Assembly (NCBI GenBank): GCA_934096585.1
Contig: CAKOMG010000002.1
Location: 199,770 to 263,769, forward strand
DNA from: an uncultured Bacilli bacterium
Lineage (GTDB): Bacteria; Bacillota_I; Bacilli_A; ML615J-28; CAG-698
Length of the DNA stretch: 64,000 nucleotides
Direction of reading: 5' to 3'
Position 1 is the first letter of the stretch. Each line of letters begins with the position of its first letter. This document shows positions 21,034-31,335 of this stretch, piece after piece. The notes below the pieces were generated by a model. It had not been told where the DNA came from. It did no database searches and worked only from the letters and a program-made list of their open reading frames with translations. The translations under genes and the position numbers were made by a program.

Positions 21034-21987
21034 ATGAATGTAATAGAACTAATTAATAATGCAAATAAAATTTCAAAAAATGATATAATTAAATTGCAAG
21101 ATATGTTTGAAAACCTTAAATATAAAAATGAAGATGATTTTGAAAAGTTAAAAAGGATAATTAGCAGTATAAGCAGTAATTATCTTGAGATTAATGAAGC
21201 TAACTTAGTAGAAATTAATTTATTAAAGGAATTACTTATAGATTATTTGTGTTATATGGAAAAAGTAGAAGACAATATGTTTATGTTGAAACTAATATGC
21301 TCATTAATTTGTTATTCAAAAGATTCATTAAATCAATTTAATGATCCAATACCTTTGGAATTTGCTATTGCTGAATGTTATTTAAATATTGCAAAAGTAT
21401 TTATTAATTATTATAATCATCATTTTATTATTTATGTTGATAGGCGTAATTATGAAAAAAAGTTGAATATATTGTATAATGACAATATGGCAATTGAATT
21501 ACTATTAGAAAGCATTAAATATGTTCCTAATTATGATGAAGCTAATTTGTTACTATCAATTATTTATTTGAATAATAATAACTATTATAAATCATATGAA
21601 TATTTTATGAATATTAAAGGCTATGGTGAAGAATTATTTGATTGTACAGGTAATAAATATCATTTTTATCATGAGCGTGATATAGATGGAGATTTATTTA
21701 ATAGTTTAGGATTTGTTTTGCAACAAAATGAATGTTTTTTTGAAGCCTTTCAAGTTTTTTACAAATCTTATTTGATTAATAAGCATAAAGAAATAGAAAA
21801 TAAAAATTCTAACATTCTTTATAATCTTGCTAGTTGTTATTTAGATGGAATTGGTGTTCATCAAAATTTAGATAAAGGAATTTATTTTTTAAACTTATAT
21901 ATTAAAAATCTAAAGTTAAATAATATAGATATTAATCAAACAGAAGATCATGATGGAATTATTGATAGATTTTATTTTAAAAAATAA
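21034..21987 (+). CDS. Sel1/TPR-like repeat protein
   Basis: YNLASCYLDGIGVHQNLDKGIYFL resembles a Sel1 repeat. RBS aaaggaaa precedes the ATG at 21034. Confidence 0.5.
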   Translation: MNVIELINNANKISKNDIIKLQDMFENLKYKNEDDFEKLKRIISSISSNYLEINEANLVEINLLKELLIDYLCYMEKVEDNMFMLKLICSLICYSKDSLNQFNDPIPLEFAIAECYLNIAKVFINYYNHHFIIYVDRRNYEKKLNILYNDNMAIELLLESIKYVPNYDEANLLLSIIYLNNNNYYKSYEYFMNIKGYGEELFDCTGNKYHFYHERDIDGDLFNSLGFVLQQNECFFEAFQVFYKSYLINKHKEIENKNSNILYNLASCYLDGIGVHQNLDKGIYFLNLYIKNLKLNNIDINQTEDHDGIIDRFYFKK

Positions 21988-22030
21988 TTTTAACGGTTGA
22001 AATAATTTAAAGTGATTTGATATAATATTT
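21987..22030 (+). promoter_or_regulatory. promoter cassette copy 1 (TTTTAACGGTTGAAA...TTGATATAATA)
   Basis: -35 TTGAAA at 21997-22002, 18-nt spacer, -10 TATAAT at 22021-22026. Near-identical to copies at 30371 and 31272. Confidence 0.6.
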
Positions 22031-22032
22031 GT

Positions 22033-22150
22033 AACCTTATGGTTAGCCCGCTCATATGGCTTAAAACAGGGAGTGTCGAAAGGAAGCAACATAGAAAACC
22101 GATTAGCATAAACTTTAGAGTAGGGTATTGCTTTCCACTCTATATTTTTA
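22033..22150 (+). ncRNA. candidate small ncRNA (~115 nt), contains a GUC-GAAA-GGAAGCAAC hairpin reminiscent of SRP RNA domain IV
   Basis: Strong promoter, a locally GC-rich structured sequence and the terminator agagtagg-loop-ccactct + TATTTTTATT. The only ORF here is a 69-aa frame of doubtful coding character. Confidence 0.45.
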
Positions 22151-22471
22151 TTATTAATAGCTTATGTTGCGATAAATTTAAAATAAAATACACTTTAAGT
22201 TTTTACAATTTAAATGAATTCAATTTTAATCTTTTTATAACAAAATGATTAAATGATTAATAATTAAAACAAATTATTATAAATGCTTAATTATAAAAAA
22301 TATAAAAATATAATAGTTCATAATTTAAAGATTTTTATTAAGTAAAGAGTAATAGTGATACTATATTTATAAACTTGTATGTTGCTATTACCTTTTTCAA
22401 TTATAACGATTTACAAATTGAATATCAATTTGATATAATAGAAATATAAACTAAGGAATAGGGAGGATATA

Positions 22472-25303
22472 ATGAAAAAAGAATTGAATAGAACAACTCT
22501 TGTTGAAATAGGGAATGAATTAAAATATCAAATTAAAACAAAAAAAGATATTTTTTCTGAAACAATCGTATTTGTGCCAGATAAAAGTGTTGAACAATGG
22601 TTTAAGGCTTTTTGGTTAAATACTGAAGATGATGTTTTAATGAATGTAAAATTTAAAACACTTAACGAAGGAATATTTGATATTTTTGATATAGCAAAAT
22701 ATCAAAATATTGTATCACCATTATCATTAAATTACTTCGTTCTTAAAGCACTTGTTTCACTAACAAAAGAAGAGCTAGGAGAAACAATAACTAATTATAT
22801 TTATAAAGAAAATAGTATTGATAGTACAAAATTGTATGATTTAAGTACTGAATTAACAAACTTATTTACTAACTATGAAAAAGATATGATAGAAATAACA
22901 GGTAATCAAGAAATAATTTATGATTATGTTATGAATGAATTAGATAATAATTCGTTATTTACAATTAAACATTTAATTGATCAAAATACTAAGTACAAAT
23001 ATTATGATAATACTATAAATATATTTGGGTATGATGAATTTGATCATTTGACTCAAAAGATTATTGATGATTTTTCAAAAGATAATAATGTTATTATTTA
23101 TTCTTTAAAAAAGAATGAGAATGTGAAACTACCTGATATAAAATTAGTTTCTGCACCATCAAAAGAAAAAGAAATAGTTAGTTTACATAGTACAATTTGT
23201 GAATTATTAAAAGATAAAACAAATACTTATAAAGACTTTTTAGTACTAGCTCCTAATATAACTGATTATGAAATCGAAATAGTTAGAGTGTTTAAACAAG
23301 ATAATATTAGTTTTCCAAATATTCCGTTTATAATTAACAATAAAAATAAAAAGTCTAGTGAATTAACAAAAGGGCTAAATGTTTTATTTAACATTTTAAA
23401 AAAAGGATTTTTTACTCGTTTTGACTTTATTGATTTAATAACTAACAAAATGATTATGGAATCAAGAAATATTGAAGAAGATAATATTAATAGTTTTAAA
23501 CAAATAATTGCTGAAGCGAATGTGTATAGAAATGATGATTGGAATTATGCTAAAAAAAGAATTGTTTTATCTAAATTAGTAGATTCTAATCAAATAGATG
23601 ATAATATAATTCAAGTTAAAAATCAAAAATATCTAACATATTCTAATATTTCATTAGATGATGAATCCAAAGTAAAATTCATAAAATTAGTAGATGATTT
23701 ATATGATTGGACTAAATTGTTTTCAAATAACCCTCTAATAACTGATGAAATAATAGACTCATTAATGCTTAACCTAAGCAAATGGTTTTCAATCCTTGAT
23801 CAAAATAATTGCGAAACTAATATTATCTTTAAAAAAATAATATCAGGATTAAATAATTGGAAAAAATATAATATATCTTGTGATAATATTCCTTTATTTA
23901 CTTTAATGTATATACTAATAAAAAGTAGTGAAAAGCAAGATATAAATTCATCTAATTTATTTATTGAAGGTATTTCGTTTATGGATTATTTGCCAAATGT
24001 AATTTTAGAATCAAAGTATGTATTTTTTATTGGAGCAAGTTCAAATTGTTTTCCTAATAAAGTGATTAAAAGTGAACTGGATTTAAGACAAGATTTTCAA
24101 AAAGATGATTATACTCATTTTGAATTGCAAGTATATAATTCTAGATGTTTGTTTAATATAAGTTTTGTTAATAAGAATTTAAAAACTGATGAAGATTTTT
24201 ATCCATCGTCTTTTGTATTAAAATTGTTAAATCATAAAGGCATAAAAAAATATGAAGATTTTCAAATTAATGTTCAATTAGATGAAAAAAGGGAATGGAA
24301 TCATTTGTATACAAAAAAAGAATTTAAAGATAAAGATTTTTATTACGGCTTATTCAATAATAAAGAAGAAGAGTATGTTCCAATTACTGTAACAAAAGAA
24401 GTAAATCATAAAGTCAAAGTGTCTGATATTGTTAGTTTCTTAAAAGAACCTTTACAATTTAAAGCAGAACAATTATTTAAACGTTATGATAATTTAAGCG
24501 AAAAGTTAGAAAATGAATATGAAGCATTATGTCTTAATGCATTAACTAAGTATATACTTGTAAGTAAGGTTGCAAATTATTTGTTGACAGATAGAAAGAA
24601 AGAATTAACAGATGACGAAAAAAATAAGTTATTCTTGCTATATGATTTAAAGCATGAACTACCTCAGATTAATGATGGTTTAAAGATAAATGCAATTGAC
24701 AATGTTATTAAAGAAAGTCAAGAAATATATGATCAAATAATGACAGATACTAGTGGGAATTATGAGTTAAAAGTATTAGATGATTTAAATATAAATGTTG
24801 ATAATGAAGTTATAACCATTACTTCAAAAGATACTATATGTATAAATAAAAATGATGATAGTAGAAATTATTATGAACTTAAAAAAATAAAAAAAGAAAC
24901 CAAAGAATACTTAAAATTATATATTTCTTCATTAATTGATATAGCACAAGAAAAAACAAATGTAAAATACAAAGTACAATTAATAAAGGAAGGTATTAAA
25001 TCTTTCGAAATTACACCAAATCAAGCACAAGAAATTATTAAAAAATTATTGATTTTAATGAATGACTATTCAAATAATAAGTATTTTGATATTGAAACAA
25101 TGGACAAATGTGATTATAAGGAATTAATAGATAATGCTCTTGATCCATCAGGAAATAAAGGGGCTTGGAAATATTTTAAAGATAAAAGACTATTTAATGA
25201 AAATAACTTAGGTTATAATGAAGATGATTTTGATAAAGAATTTAATGAAATGAAAAATATAATAAGCAATTTAATATTATTTTTAAAAAAGGGAGATGAA
25301 TAA
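22472..25303 (+). CDS. recC: exodeoxyribonuclease V gamma subunit RecC (compact, 943 aa)
   Basis: Immediately upstream of, and overlapping, recB. Size and position match a recC-recB-recD operon. No catalytic motifs expected. Confidence 0.6.
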   Translation: MKKELNRTTLVEIGNELKYQIKTKKDIFSETIVFVPDKSVEQWFKAFWLNTEDDVLMNVKFKTLNEGIFDIFDIAKYQNIVSPLSLNYFVLKALVSLTKEELGETITNYIYKENSIDSTKLYDLSTELTNLFTNYEKDMIEITGNQEIIYDYVMNELDNNSLFTIKHLIDQNTKYKYYDNTINIFGYDEFDHLTQKIIDDFSKDNNVIIYSLKKNENVKLPDIKLVSAPSKEKEIVSLHSTICELLKDKTNTYKDFLVLAPNITDYEIEIVRVFKQDNISFPNIPFIINNKNKKSSELTKGLNVLFNILKKGFFTRFDFIDLITNKMIMESRNIEEDNINSFKQIIAEANVYRNDDWNYAKKRIVLSKLVDSNQIDDNIIQVKNQKYLTYSNISLDDESKVKFIKLVDDLYDWTKLFSNNPLITDEIIDSLMLNLSKWFSILDQNNCETNIIFKKIISGLNNWKKYNISCDNIPLFTLMYILIKSSEKQDINSSNLFIEGISFMDYLPNVILESKYVFFIGASSNCFPNKVIKSELDLRQDFQKDDYTHFELQVYNSRCLFNISFVNKNLKTDEDFYPSSFVLKLLNHKGIKKYEDFQINVQLDEKREWNHLYTKKEFKDKDFYYGLFNNKEEEYVPITVTKEVNHKVKVSDIVSFLKEPLQFKAEQLFKRYDNLSEKLENEYEALCLNALTKYILVSKVANYLLTDRKKELTDDEKNKLFLLYDLKHELPQINDGLKINAIDNVIKESQEIYDQIMTDTSGNYELKVLDDLNINVDNEVITITSKDTICINKNDDSRNYYELKKIKKETKEYLKLYISSLIDIAQEKTNVKYKVQLIKEGIKSFEITPNQAQEIIKKLLILMNDYSNNKYFDIETMDKCDYKELIDNALDPSGNKGAWKYFKDKRLFNENNLGYNEDDFDKEFNEMKNIISNLILFLKKGDE

Positions 25304-28300
25304 AATGGATCAATTTAAGATTGAAAATTTTAAAGAAAATATTAATTATGTAATTGAAGCTTCAGCGGGAACGGGAAAAACATATAATATTATTGAAATA
25401 GTAAAAAAACTTCTTCAAGGTAAAAATATTAAATTAAATGATATTTTAATAGTAACATATACAGAAAAGGCAGCAGGTGAATTAAGAGATAGAATTAGAA
25501 AAGAATTACCAGAAGAAGATGTGGATAATGTACCAATTTTTACAATACACTCTTTTTGTCAAAGCGTAATTAAAGAATTTGGAATTTCTTCTAATTTGCC
25601 ATTAAATCTAAGTTTAGTTGGAAATGATGAATTAAATGAGTTTGCTGATAAATTTATTAGAGATTGTTCATTAATTGATGATATTGCTGAATGCCTTAAA
25701 CAAGGTATAGAAATTAATATAGATACTTTGAAAAACAAATTAGTTGATGGGGTTGATAAGTATTATTTGGATTCTAATTATAATGAAGATAGCGAAATAA
25801 TAGTTATAAAAGATTCTAATGAATTTTTGGATGAGATAAATAAATTAAAAAATAAAAAAGCTAATAAAAGTAATAATGATAAGATTAAAAAAAGTATGAT
25901 TCATTTTTTAAGTTGTAAATACTTAAAGCAACTATACATAGCTTGGCAAAAAGAAAAAGAACTAAATAAAAAAGAATCTTATAACGATATGATTAGATCT
26001 GTTAGAGAAGCAATATTAGATAACAAATGTTTATTGAAAAGCAAATTACAAGAAAAATATAAATATGCAATAATAGATGAATTTCAAGACACTAATCAAT
26101 TACAATTTGATATATTTAGTAATATATTCTTATGTGAAAACCATAATATAATAGTTGTTGGTGATCCAAAACAATCAATATATTCATTTCAAGGAGCAGA
26201 TGTTAATGTTTATTATAAAGCAGTTGATGAGATATTAAAAAAAGGTGGATTGAAATGCTCATTAAATACTAATTATCGCTCAACACAAAATATTGTTACA
26301 TCATGTAATCAATTGTTTAAACATTTTGATTTTGATGGTATGGATCAATTTGAAGAATCTATTTGCCCAACAGATGAAGTACATAAAAGAGAAGTATTAT
26401 TTGATGGTAAAGATATTGAATCATTTTGGATTGGAAATAAAGACCTAAATGATATTGAATACGCAAAAGCAGTAGTTAAAGAAATAATAATTTGTTGCGA
26501 AAAAGATAAAAATGGAAAAACTAGATTGCAATTAAAAAAAGGACCTGAAGAATTTAGAAATGTCAGTTTCAAAGATTTTGCTATTTTAGGAAGAACAAGA
26601 TTGGAAATGCAGGCAATTTGTAATATTTTTAAAAAAGTAGGTATTCCTTTTGTTAAGTATAAGGATTTAAAATTGTTTAATGGAAAAGAATGCGCCGATT
26701 GGAAAGCTATATTTGAAGCAATTGATTGCATTGATTTTACAGGTTCGAATAGAGCAATATTTAAAAAAGCCTTATTCACAAATTTCTTTGGACTTTCATT
26801 GCAAGAGATTGCTGATGAAAAATATAATACAGATGAAAGTGATCAAATGGTATTAATAAGTAAATGGAAATTGATAGCTTCAGAAAAACAATGGGAAGAT
26901 TTAATTGATGACATTTTAGTAAGTTCAAATATTATTGATAGGATGAGTTCTTTAACTAATATCGATTCTATTGGAATATATAAGCAAATTGGTAATTATT
27001 GCGTTGATTATTTAACAAGTAACCATTCCATTAATGATTTAATTAATAAACTAAATGATCTAAGTCAAGGTGAAGAAGATACTGAAGATGGAAATGTTGT
27101 AGAAAGAAGTACAAATTTTGATGCTATACAACTGCTTACAATGCATACATCAAAGGGACTTCAATTTCCGGTAGTTATAGCTGTTGGTGGATTTAAACAG
27201 TTTCCTCCTGAAAAAGGAATAGTAACATATCATAAAGAAAATAAAAAGATATTAGATTTTCAAATTAATGAAGAATTTAAAAAAGAACGTTTAGAAGAAA
27301 CTAAAAGATTATTTTATGTAGCATATACTAGAGCAGAATATATTTTAATGTTTCCTTGTGTAAGCAAATTTATAACAAATAATGATAAAAACTTTATTAT
27401 AGATTCTATTAATCAATATGAAAATAATAATAAATTTAAAAGAATTGATGCTTCAATATTTAATTATAAGGAACTAAAAGAAAAAGTTCAAAATATATTA
27501 AATAAACCAGCTGAAGAATCAAAAGAAGAACGAGTTAAACAAGAAGAAGTACTAAAAACAATTATTAAAGAAAGTAATTCAAAAAAGGTTTACAAACATT
27601 CATATTCTTCTTTATCCCATTCTGGAGTAATTGATGAAGATGACAATAAAGAAGGAGTAGTAATTGGAGGATTATCAAATTTCGATACTAAAGTTGTTTC
27701 TGATAATCCATATTTAAACGAAAGTAATAATGCAATTCAAATGCCAAGTGATTATCCTAAAGGTTCAAACATAGGAACATGTTTACATGAAATTCTTGAA
27801 AAAATAGATTTCACAAATACTAATAATTTGATTTATATTGTAAAAAATAGTTTTAGTAAAAATGGGTTTAAAGATAATGATGAAAAATGGAATGACTATA
27901 CTAAAAAAATAATTGATAATGTACTAAATGCTAAACTTCCGATTATAAAAGGGAATAACATAACTAATGACTATTTATTATTAAGCGAAATACCAAATAA
28001 TTGTAAAAAAAATGAAGTTGAGTTTTCATATAATTTATTAAATGAAAAACTAAAGAATTATTGTAATGGCTTTATTGATTTACTTTTTAAGAATGGTGAA
28101 TATTATTCCATTGTTGACTGGAAATCAGATGGATTAAGTGATGACTTTATTTCATTTTCATCACAAAAAGATTTGCAAGAACATGTTAGTGATTGCTACT
28201 CTATCCAAAGAGTAATATACTCTTATTCATTAATTCAATGGTTAAAATGTTATTATAAAAATGAAACGGAAGAGGAATTGTTTAACAATCATTTTGGTGG

Positions 28301-28430
28301 AATCTATTATATTTTTGTGAGAGGATGCAATGAAGGGACAGGAAATGGAGTATATTGTCAGACATGGAATAATTATAAAGAATTAGAAAATTCATTTAAT
28401 GAAATTATTAATTCTAGAATATGGAGGTAA
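25296..28430 (+). CDS. recB: exodeoxyribonuclease V beta subunit RecB (SF1 helicase + C-terminal PD-(D/E)xK nuclease)
   Basis: EASAGTGKTY Walker A. IIDEFQDTN. VVGDPKQSIY. TMHTSKGLQF. YVAYTRA. C-terminal GFIDLLFKNGEYYSIVDWKSD nuclease motif. Confidence 0.8.
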   Translation: MNKMDQFKIENFKENINYVIEASAGTGKTYNIIEIVKKLLQGKNIKLNDILIVTYTEKAAGELRDRIRKELPEEDVDNVPIFTIHSFCQSVIKEFGISSNLPLNLSLVGNDELNEFADKFIRDCSLIDDIAECLKQGIEINIDTLKNKLVDGVDKYYLDSNYNEDSEIIVIKDSNEFLDEINKLKNKKANKSNNDKIKKSMIHFLSCKYLKQLYIAWQKEKELNKKESYNDMIRSVREAILDNKCLLKSKLQEKYKYAIIDEFQDTNQLQFDIFSNIFLCENHNIIVVGDPKQSIYSFQGADVNVYYKAVDEILKKGGLKCSLNTNYRSTQNIVTSCNQLFKHFDFDGMDQFEESICPTDEVHKREVLFDGKDIESFWIGNKDLNDIEYAKAVVKEIIICCEKDKNGKTRLQLKKGPEEFRNVSFKDFAILGRTRLEMQAICNIFKKVGIPFVKYKDLKLFNGKECADWKAIFEAIDCIDFTGSNRAIFKKALFTNFFGLSLQEIADEKYNTDESDQMVLISKWKLIASEKQWEDLIDDILVSSNIIDRMSSLTNIDSIGIYKQIGNYCVDYLTSNHSINDLINKLNDLSQGEEDTEDGNVVERSTNFDAIQLLTMHTSKGLQFPVVIAVGGFKQFPPEKGIVTYHKENKKILDFQINEEFKKERLEETKRLFYVAYTRAEYILMFPCVSKFITNNDKNFIIDSINQYENNNKFKRIDASIFNYKELKEKVQNILNKPAEESKEERVKQEEVLKTIIKESNSKKVYKHSYSSLSHSGVIDEDDNKEGVVIGGLSNFDTKVVSDNPYLNESNNAIQMPSDYPKGSNIGTCLHEILEKIDFTNTNNLIYIVKNSFSKNGFKDNDEKWNDYTKKIIDNVLNAKLPIIKGNNITNDYLLLSEIPNNCKKNEVEFSYNLLNEKLKNYCNGFIDLLFKNGEYYSIVDWKSDGLSDDFISFSSQKDLQEHVSDCYSIQRVIYSYSLIQWLKCYYKNETEEELFNNHFGGIYYIFVRGCNEGTGNGVYCQTWNNYKELENSFNEIINSRIWR

Positions 28431-30381
28431 TATGAACGAATATAATAATTTAAAAGAACTTGTTATAAAATATAAACTAATGTCTCCTATTTGGAAATAT
28501 GTTTTAGAGTTAATAGAAGAAGAATTAGACTTCAATGAAAATGAACGAGAGTATGTTTTGATATTGTTTATTATCTATTTTTGTTTAATAGACGATGGTA
28601 ATATTTGTATGTTACTTAATAAAAATATATTAAGTGAAAAGTGGAATGAAAAAGTAGAATCAACAATCATAATGCAAAGAAACAAGATGATTGTTGATGA
28701 CACTGAATTAAATACTATCAAAAAATTAACAAACGTAGCTATAAATGATTATTTATCTTTAATTAATAATGAGCATTTAAATAAAGTAATTGGTAAAAAT
28801 AAAGAATTTGAAATAGAAGATGGATGGTTATATTTAAGAAAATATAATATTGCAAGAAAAGGAATAATTAATTCTATTAAAAGATTATTTGATAAAGAAT
28901 ATATAGGAAACCCCCTTTATAATTATAAAGATTATTGTATTAAAAATGTTAATAATGAAAATAACAAAGAATTTAGTTTATCTAAAGGACAAGAGAATGC
29001 GGTAAACAAAGGATTTAATAAGAATTTAATTATTACTGGTGGTCCTGGGACAGGTAAGACGACTTCAATCTTATTTCTTTTAATTAACATTCTTACTTCA
29101 AATCTTGAAAGTAATGTTTATTTAATTGCACCAAGTGGAAAAGCTGCCAGTAGAATGAAAGAGAGTATAATAAAGGGATTATCATTAGTAAATGAAGAGT
29201 TTAAAAATAAAAATTATGATTTAATTGATAAAATAAATAAACTAGAGGAATCTACTATTCATAGATTATTATCTTATGATTATGAAACAAATAGTTTTTT
29301 ATACAATAAATATCATCCATTTAATCAAGATTCAATATTTGTAATTGATGAAGCTAGTATGATTGATATATGTTTATTTAATTCCCTATTAGAAGCAGTC
29401 CCTGATAATGCAAGAATATTTATTATGGGAGACAAAAATCAGTTACCTTCAGTAGAGTGTGGTGCAGTATTTGGTGAATTCCTAAAAATGAATGAATTAA
29501 AAGATAATATTATTGAACTAGATGAATCAATAAGGTTTAAAAAAGGAACAAAGATATATGAATTTGCGCAAGCAATTAATCAAGGAAATACTCTACCTAT
29601 ATCCAATGATGAGTTCAAGGAATTGAAAGACTTTACAATATATGAAGAAAATAATAATAAACCAATTTATTTCTTTAACTATAATGATTCAAAACAAGAT
29701 TTTGATAGTGTAATAAAAAAATGGGGTAATAAATATTATAAAAACCTTCAAATGAAATGTTCAAATCTTGATTATAACAATAGTGAATCTTTTAATGAAC
29801 TTTTTAGTTTAATAGAAGAATCAAAAATACTATGTGCTGAAAATGATGGTATTTATGGAGTTAAACAAATCAATAATATAATAAAAAAGAACTATGTTAA
29901 CAATTCAATAATTTCATATAATGGTCACTATCCTGGAGAAATTATGATGATTAATAAAAATAATAAAACATTAGATCTTTATAATGGTGATTCAGGAATC
30001 CTAGTTACTTTTGAAAATGACAATACTTTATATTTTATGATTAAAAAATCATCTACATTAGTAAATACAGATGAAAAGAAAAATAACAAAGTATTTAAAA
30101 AGGAACAGTATGTATTTTATCCATTAAGATTAATATCGTTTAATGAAATTGATTTAGCTTATGCAATTACTATTCATAAATCTCAAGGATCAGATTATAA
30201 AAATATTCTAGTGATATTACCTAAACAAAAAGGACATCCTTTACTTAATAGACAAATTGTTTATACTGCTATTACAAGAACAAAAGGAAATACATATATA
30301 ATTTCAAATCTTAATCGTTTAGAAGAAGCAAAAGACAATTTAATTATTCGCGATACTAACATAGCTAGTTTTAACGGTTGA
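28399..30381 (+). CDS. recD: exodeoxyribonuclease V alpha subunit RecD
   Basis: ITGGPGTGKTT. VIDEASMID. AITIHKSQGSDY. TAITRTKG. Overlaps the recB end by 32 nt. Confidence 0.8.
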   Translation: MKLLILEYGGNMNEYNNLKELVIKYKLMSPIWKYVLELIEEELDFNENEREYVLILFIIYFCLIDDGNICMLLNKNILSEKWNEKVESTIIMQRNKMIVDDTELNTIKKLTNVAINDYLSLINNEHLNKVIGKNKEFEIEDGWLYLRKYNIARKGIINSIKRLFDKEYIGNPLYNYKDYCIKNVNNENNKEFSLSKGQENAVNKGFNKNLIITGGPGTGKTTSILFLLINILTSNLESNVYLIAPSGKAASRMKESIIKGLSLVNEEFKNKNYDLIDKINKLEESTIHRLLSYDYETNSFLYNKYHPFNQDSIFVIDEASMIDICLFNSLLEAVPDNARIFIMGDKNQLPSVECGAVFGEFLKMNELKDNIIELDESIRFKKGTKIYEFAQAINQGNTLPISNDEFKELKDFTIYEENNNKPIYFFNYNDSKQDFDSVIKKWGNKYYKNLQMKCSNLDYNNSESFNELFSLIEESKILCAENDGIYGVKQINNIIKKNYVNNSIISYNGHYPGEIMMINKNNKTLDLYNGDSGILVTFENDNTLYFMIKKSSTLVNTDEKKNNKVFKKEQYVFYPLRLISFNEIDLAYAITIHKSQGSDYKNILVILPKQKGHPLLNRQIVYTAITRTKGNTYIISNLNRLEEAKDNLIIRDTNIASFNG

Positions 30382-30408
30382 AAATTAGAAAGTGAATTTG
30401 ATATAATA
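30371..30408 (+). promoter_or_regulatory. promoter cassette copy 2
   Basis: -35 TTGAAA at 30378-30383 (overlaps the recD stop), 18-nt spacer, TGATATAAT at 30399-30407. Confidence 0.6.
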
Positions 30409-30413
30409 TTAGT

Positions 30414-30630
30414 GTAATTAAATAATCATAATTAAATATACCTTCCTAAATTTAACAAGGCTGATATACCCTTGTAATAAAGTATATCTAAAAATGAATA
30501 ATAAAATAATCCATAAAGAGATGGCGAGAGACAAGCTCAATGACCCATCAGCAACTTACAGTAAAATGCAAAGTGCTAAAGCTTGAACGATGGAATCAGT
30601 GAAAGGCTTCCATCATAGAAGCCTTTTTTG
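30414..30630 (+). ncRNA. candidate ~215-nt structured ncRNA (class unknown) or an unusually long terminated leader
   Basis: No ORF. Locally GC-enriched with multiple hairpins (acaagg-loop-ccttgt; gatgg-loop-ccatc). Ends in the intrinsic terminator aggcttc-catcata-gaagcct + TTTTTT. Confidence 0.45.
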
Positions 30631-30670
30631 ATTATTAACATATAATTAGTTATAAAAGGAAAAATTGTTT

Positions 30671-31240
30671 ATGAAATGTAAATTTGTTTTGCAAAGTTGT
30701 AATATACTTAAAAAAAATAGTAAAAAAAGAAAATTGATTTATGTGAATGACTATTTTGTTTTTAATTTAACAAAAACATATAAAGACATTATTGACGAAT
30801 ATATAGATGAAGGTATGATTATTATTAAAAAAAGTTGTTCATATAAGTTAGTAGAAAAAATACTTTTAGAAAATAAATATATCTACCGGCCAAGCTTATA
30901 CTATTTAAAATACAATAGAAAGTATAGTTTAAGAAGCATTGTTTATATGATTAAAAAACCAAATATTTTGAATGATAAACTATTTATAGAAAAAATAAAA
31001 GTATTATTAAAACAATCAGGTTGTAAATCAATACTATTTATAAATAAAACTCAGGAAGTTTATATTGATTTAAAAAAGAATAAAAATAAATGTAAAGAAA
31101 CAAATAAAAAAAGACTTTATAAAAAATATAAAGGCGTTCTTATACCATGCTATGGAATTTATCTATATAGAAATAATCATTATTCAATAGATAGTGGTGA
31201 ATTTCAAGCAGGTTTTAGATATAGGTATACACGTTTTTAA
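30671..31240 (+). CDS. hypothetical K-rich protein
   Basis: RBS aaaaggaaaaa precedes the ATG at 30671; the track starts at an upstream TTG. Confidence 0.45.
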   Translation: MKCKFVLQSCNILKKNSKKRKLIYVNDYFVFNLTKTYKDIIDEYIDEGMIIIKKSCSYKLVEKILLENKYIYRPSLYYLKYNRKYSLRSIVYMIKKPNILNDKLFIEKIKVLLKQSGCKSILFINKTQEVYIDLKKNKNKCKETNKKRLYKKYKGVLIPCYGIYLYRNNHYSIDSGEFQAGFRYRYTRF

Positions 31241-31271
31241 CTAAGTAAAAGGTAAAATAAGGTGACAGAGT

Positions 31272-31310
31272 TTTAACGGTTGAAAAAAAATTAGTGAATT
31301 TGATATAATA
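31272..31310 (+). promoter_or_regulatory. promoter cassette copy 3
   Basis: -35 TTGAAA at 31280-31285, 18-nt spacer, TGATATAAT. Drives the FtsH-like operon. Confidence 0.6.
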
Positions 31311-31335
31311 GTATTATAAAAACAGGAGAAAAAAT

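Noticed and set aside
22033-22150. Confident assignment of the small RNA as SRP (4.5S) RNA
   Set aside because: Only the GUC-GAAA-GGAAGCA hairpin resembles domain IV. I could not establish the conserved symmetric/asymmetric loop pairings or the pairing of the 5' and 3' ends. Kept as a candidate ncRNA of uncertain class.
22039-22248. 69-aa ORF in the six-frame track
   Set aside because: Lies entirely within the promoter-to-terminator small transcript and its 3' AT-rich spacer. No RBS. The region is better explained as a structured ncRNA.
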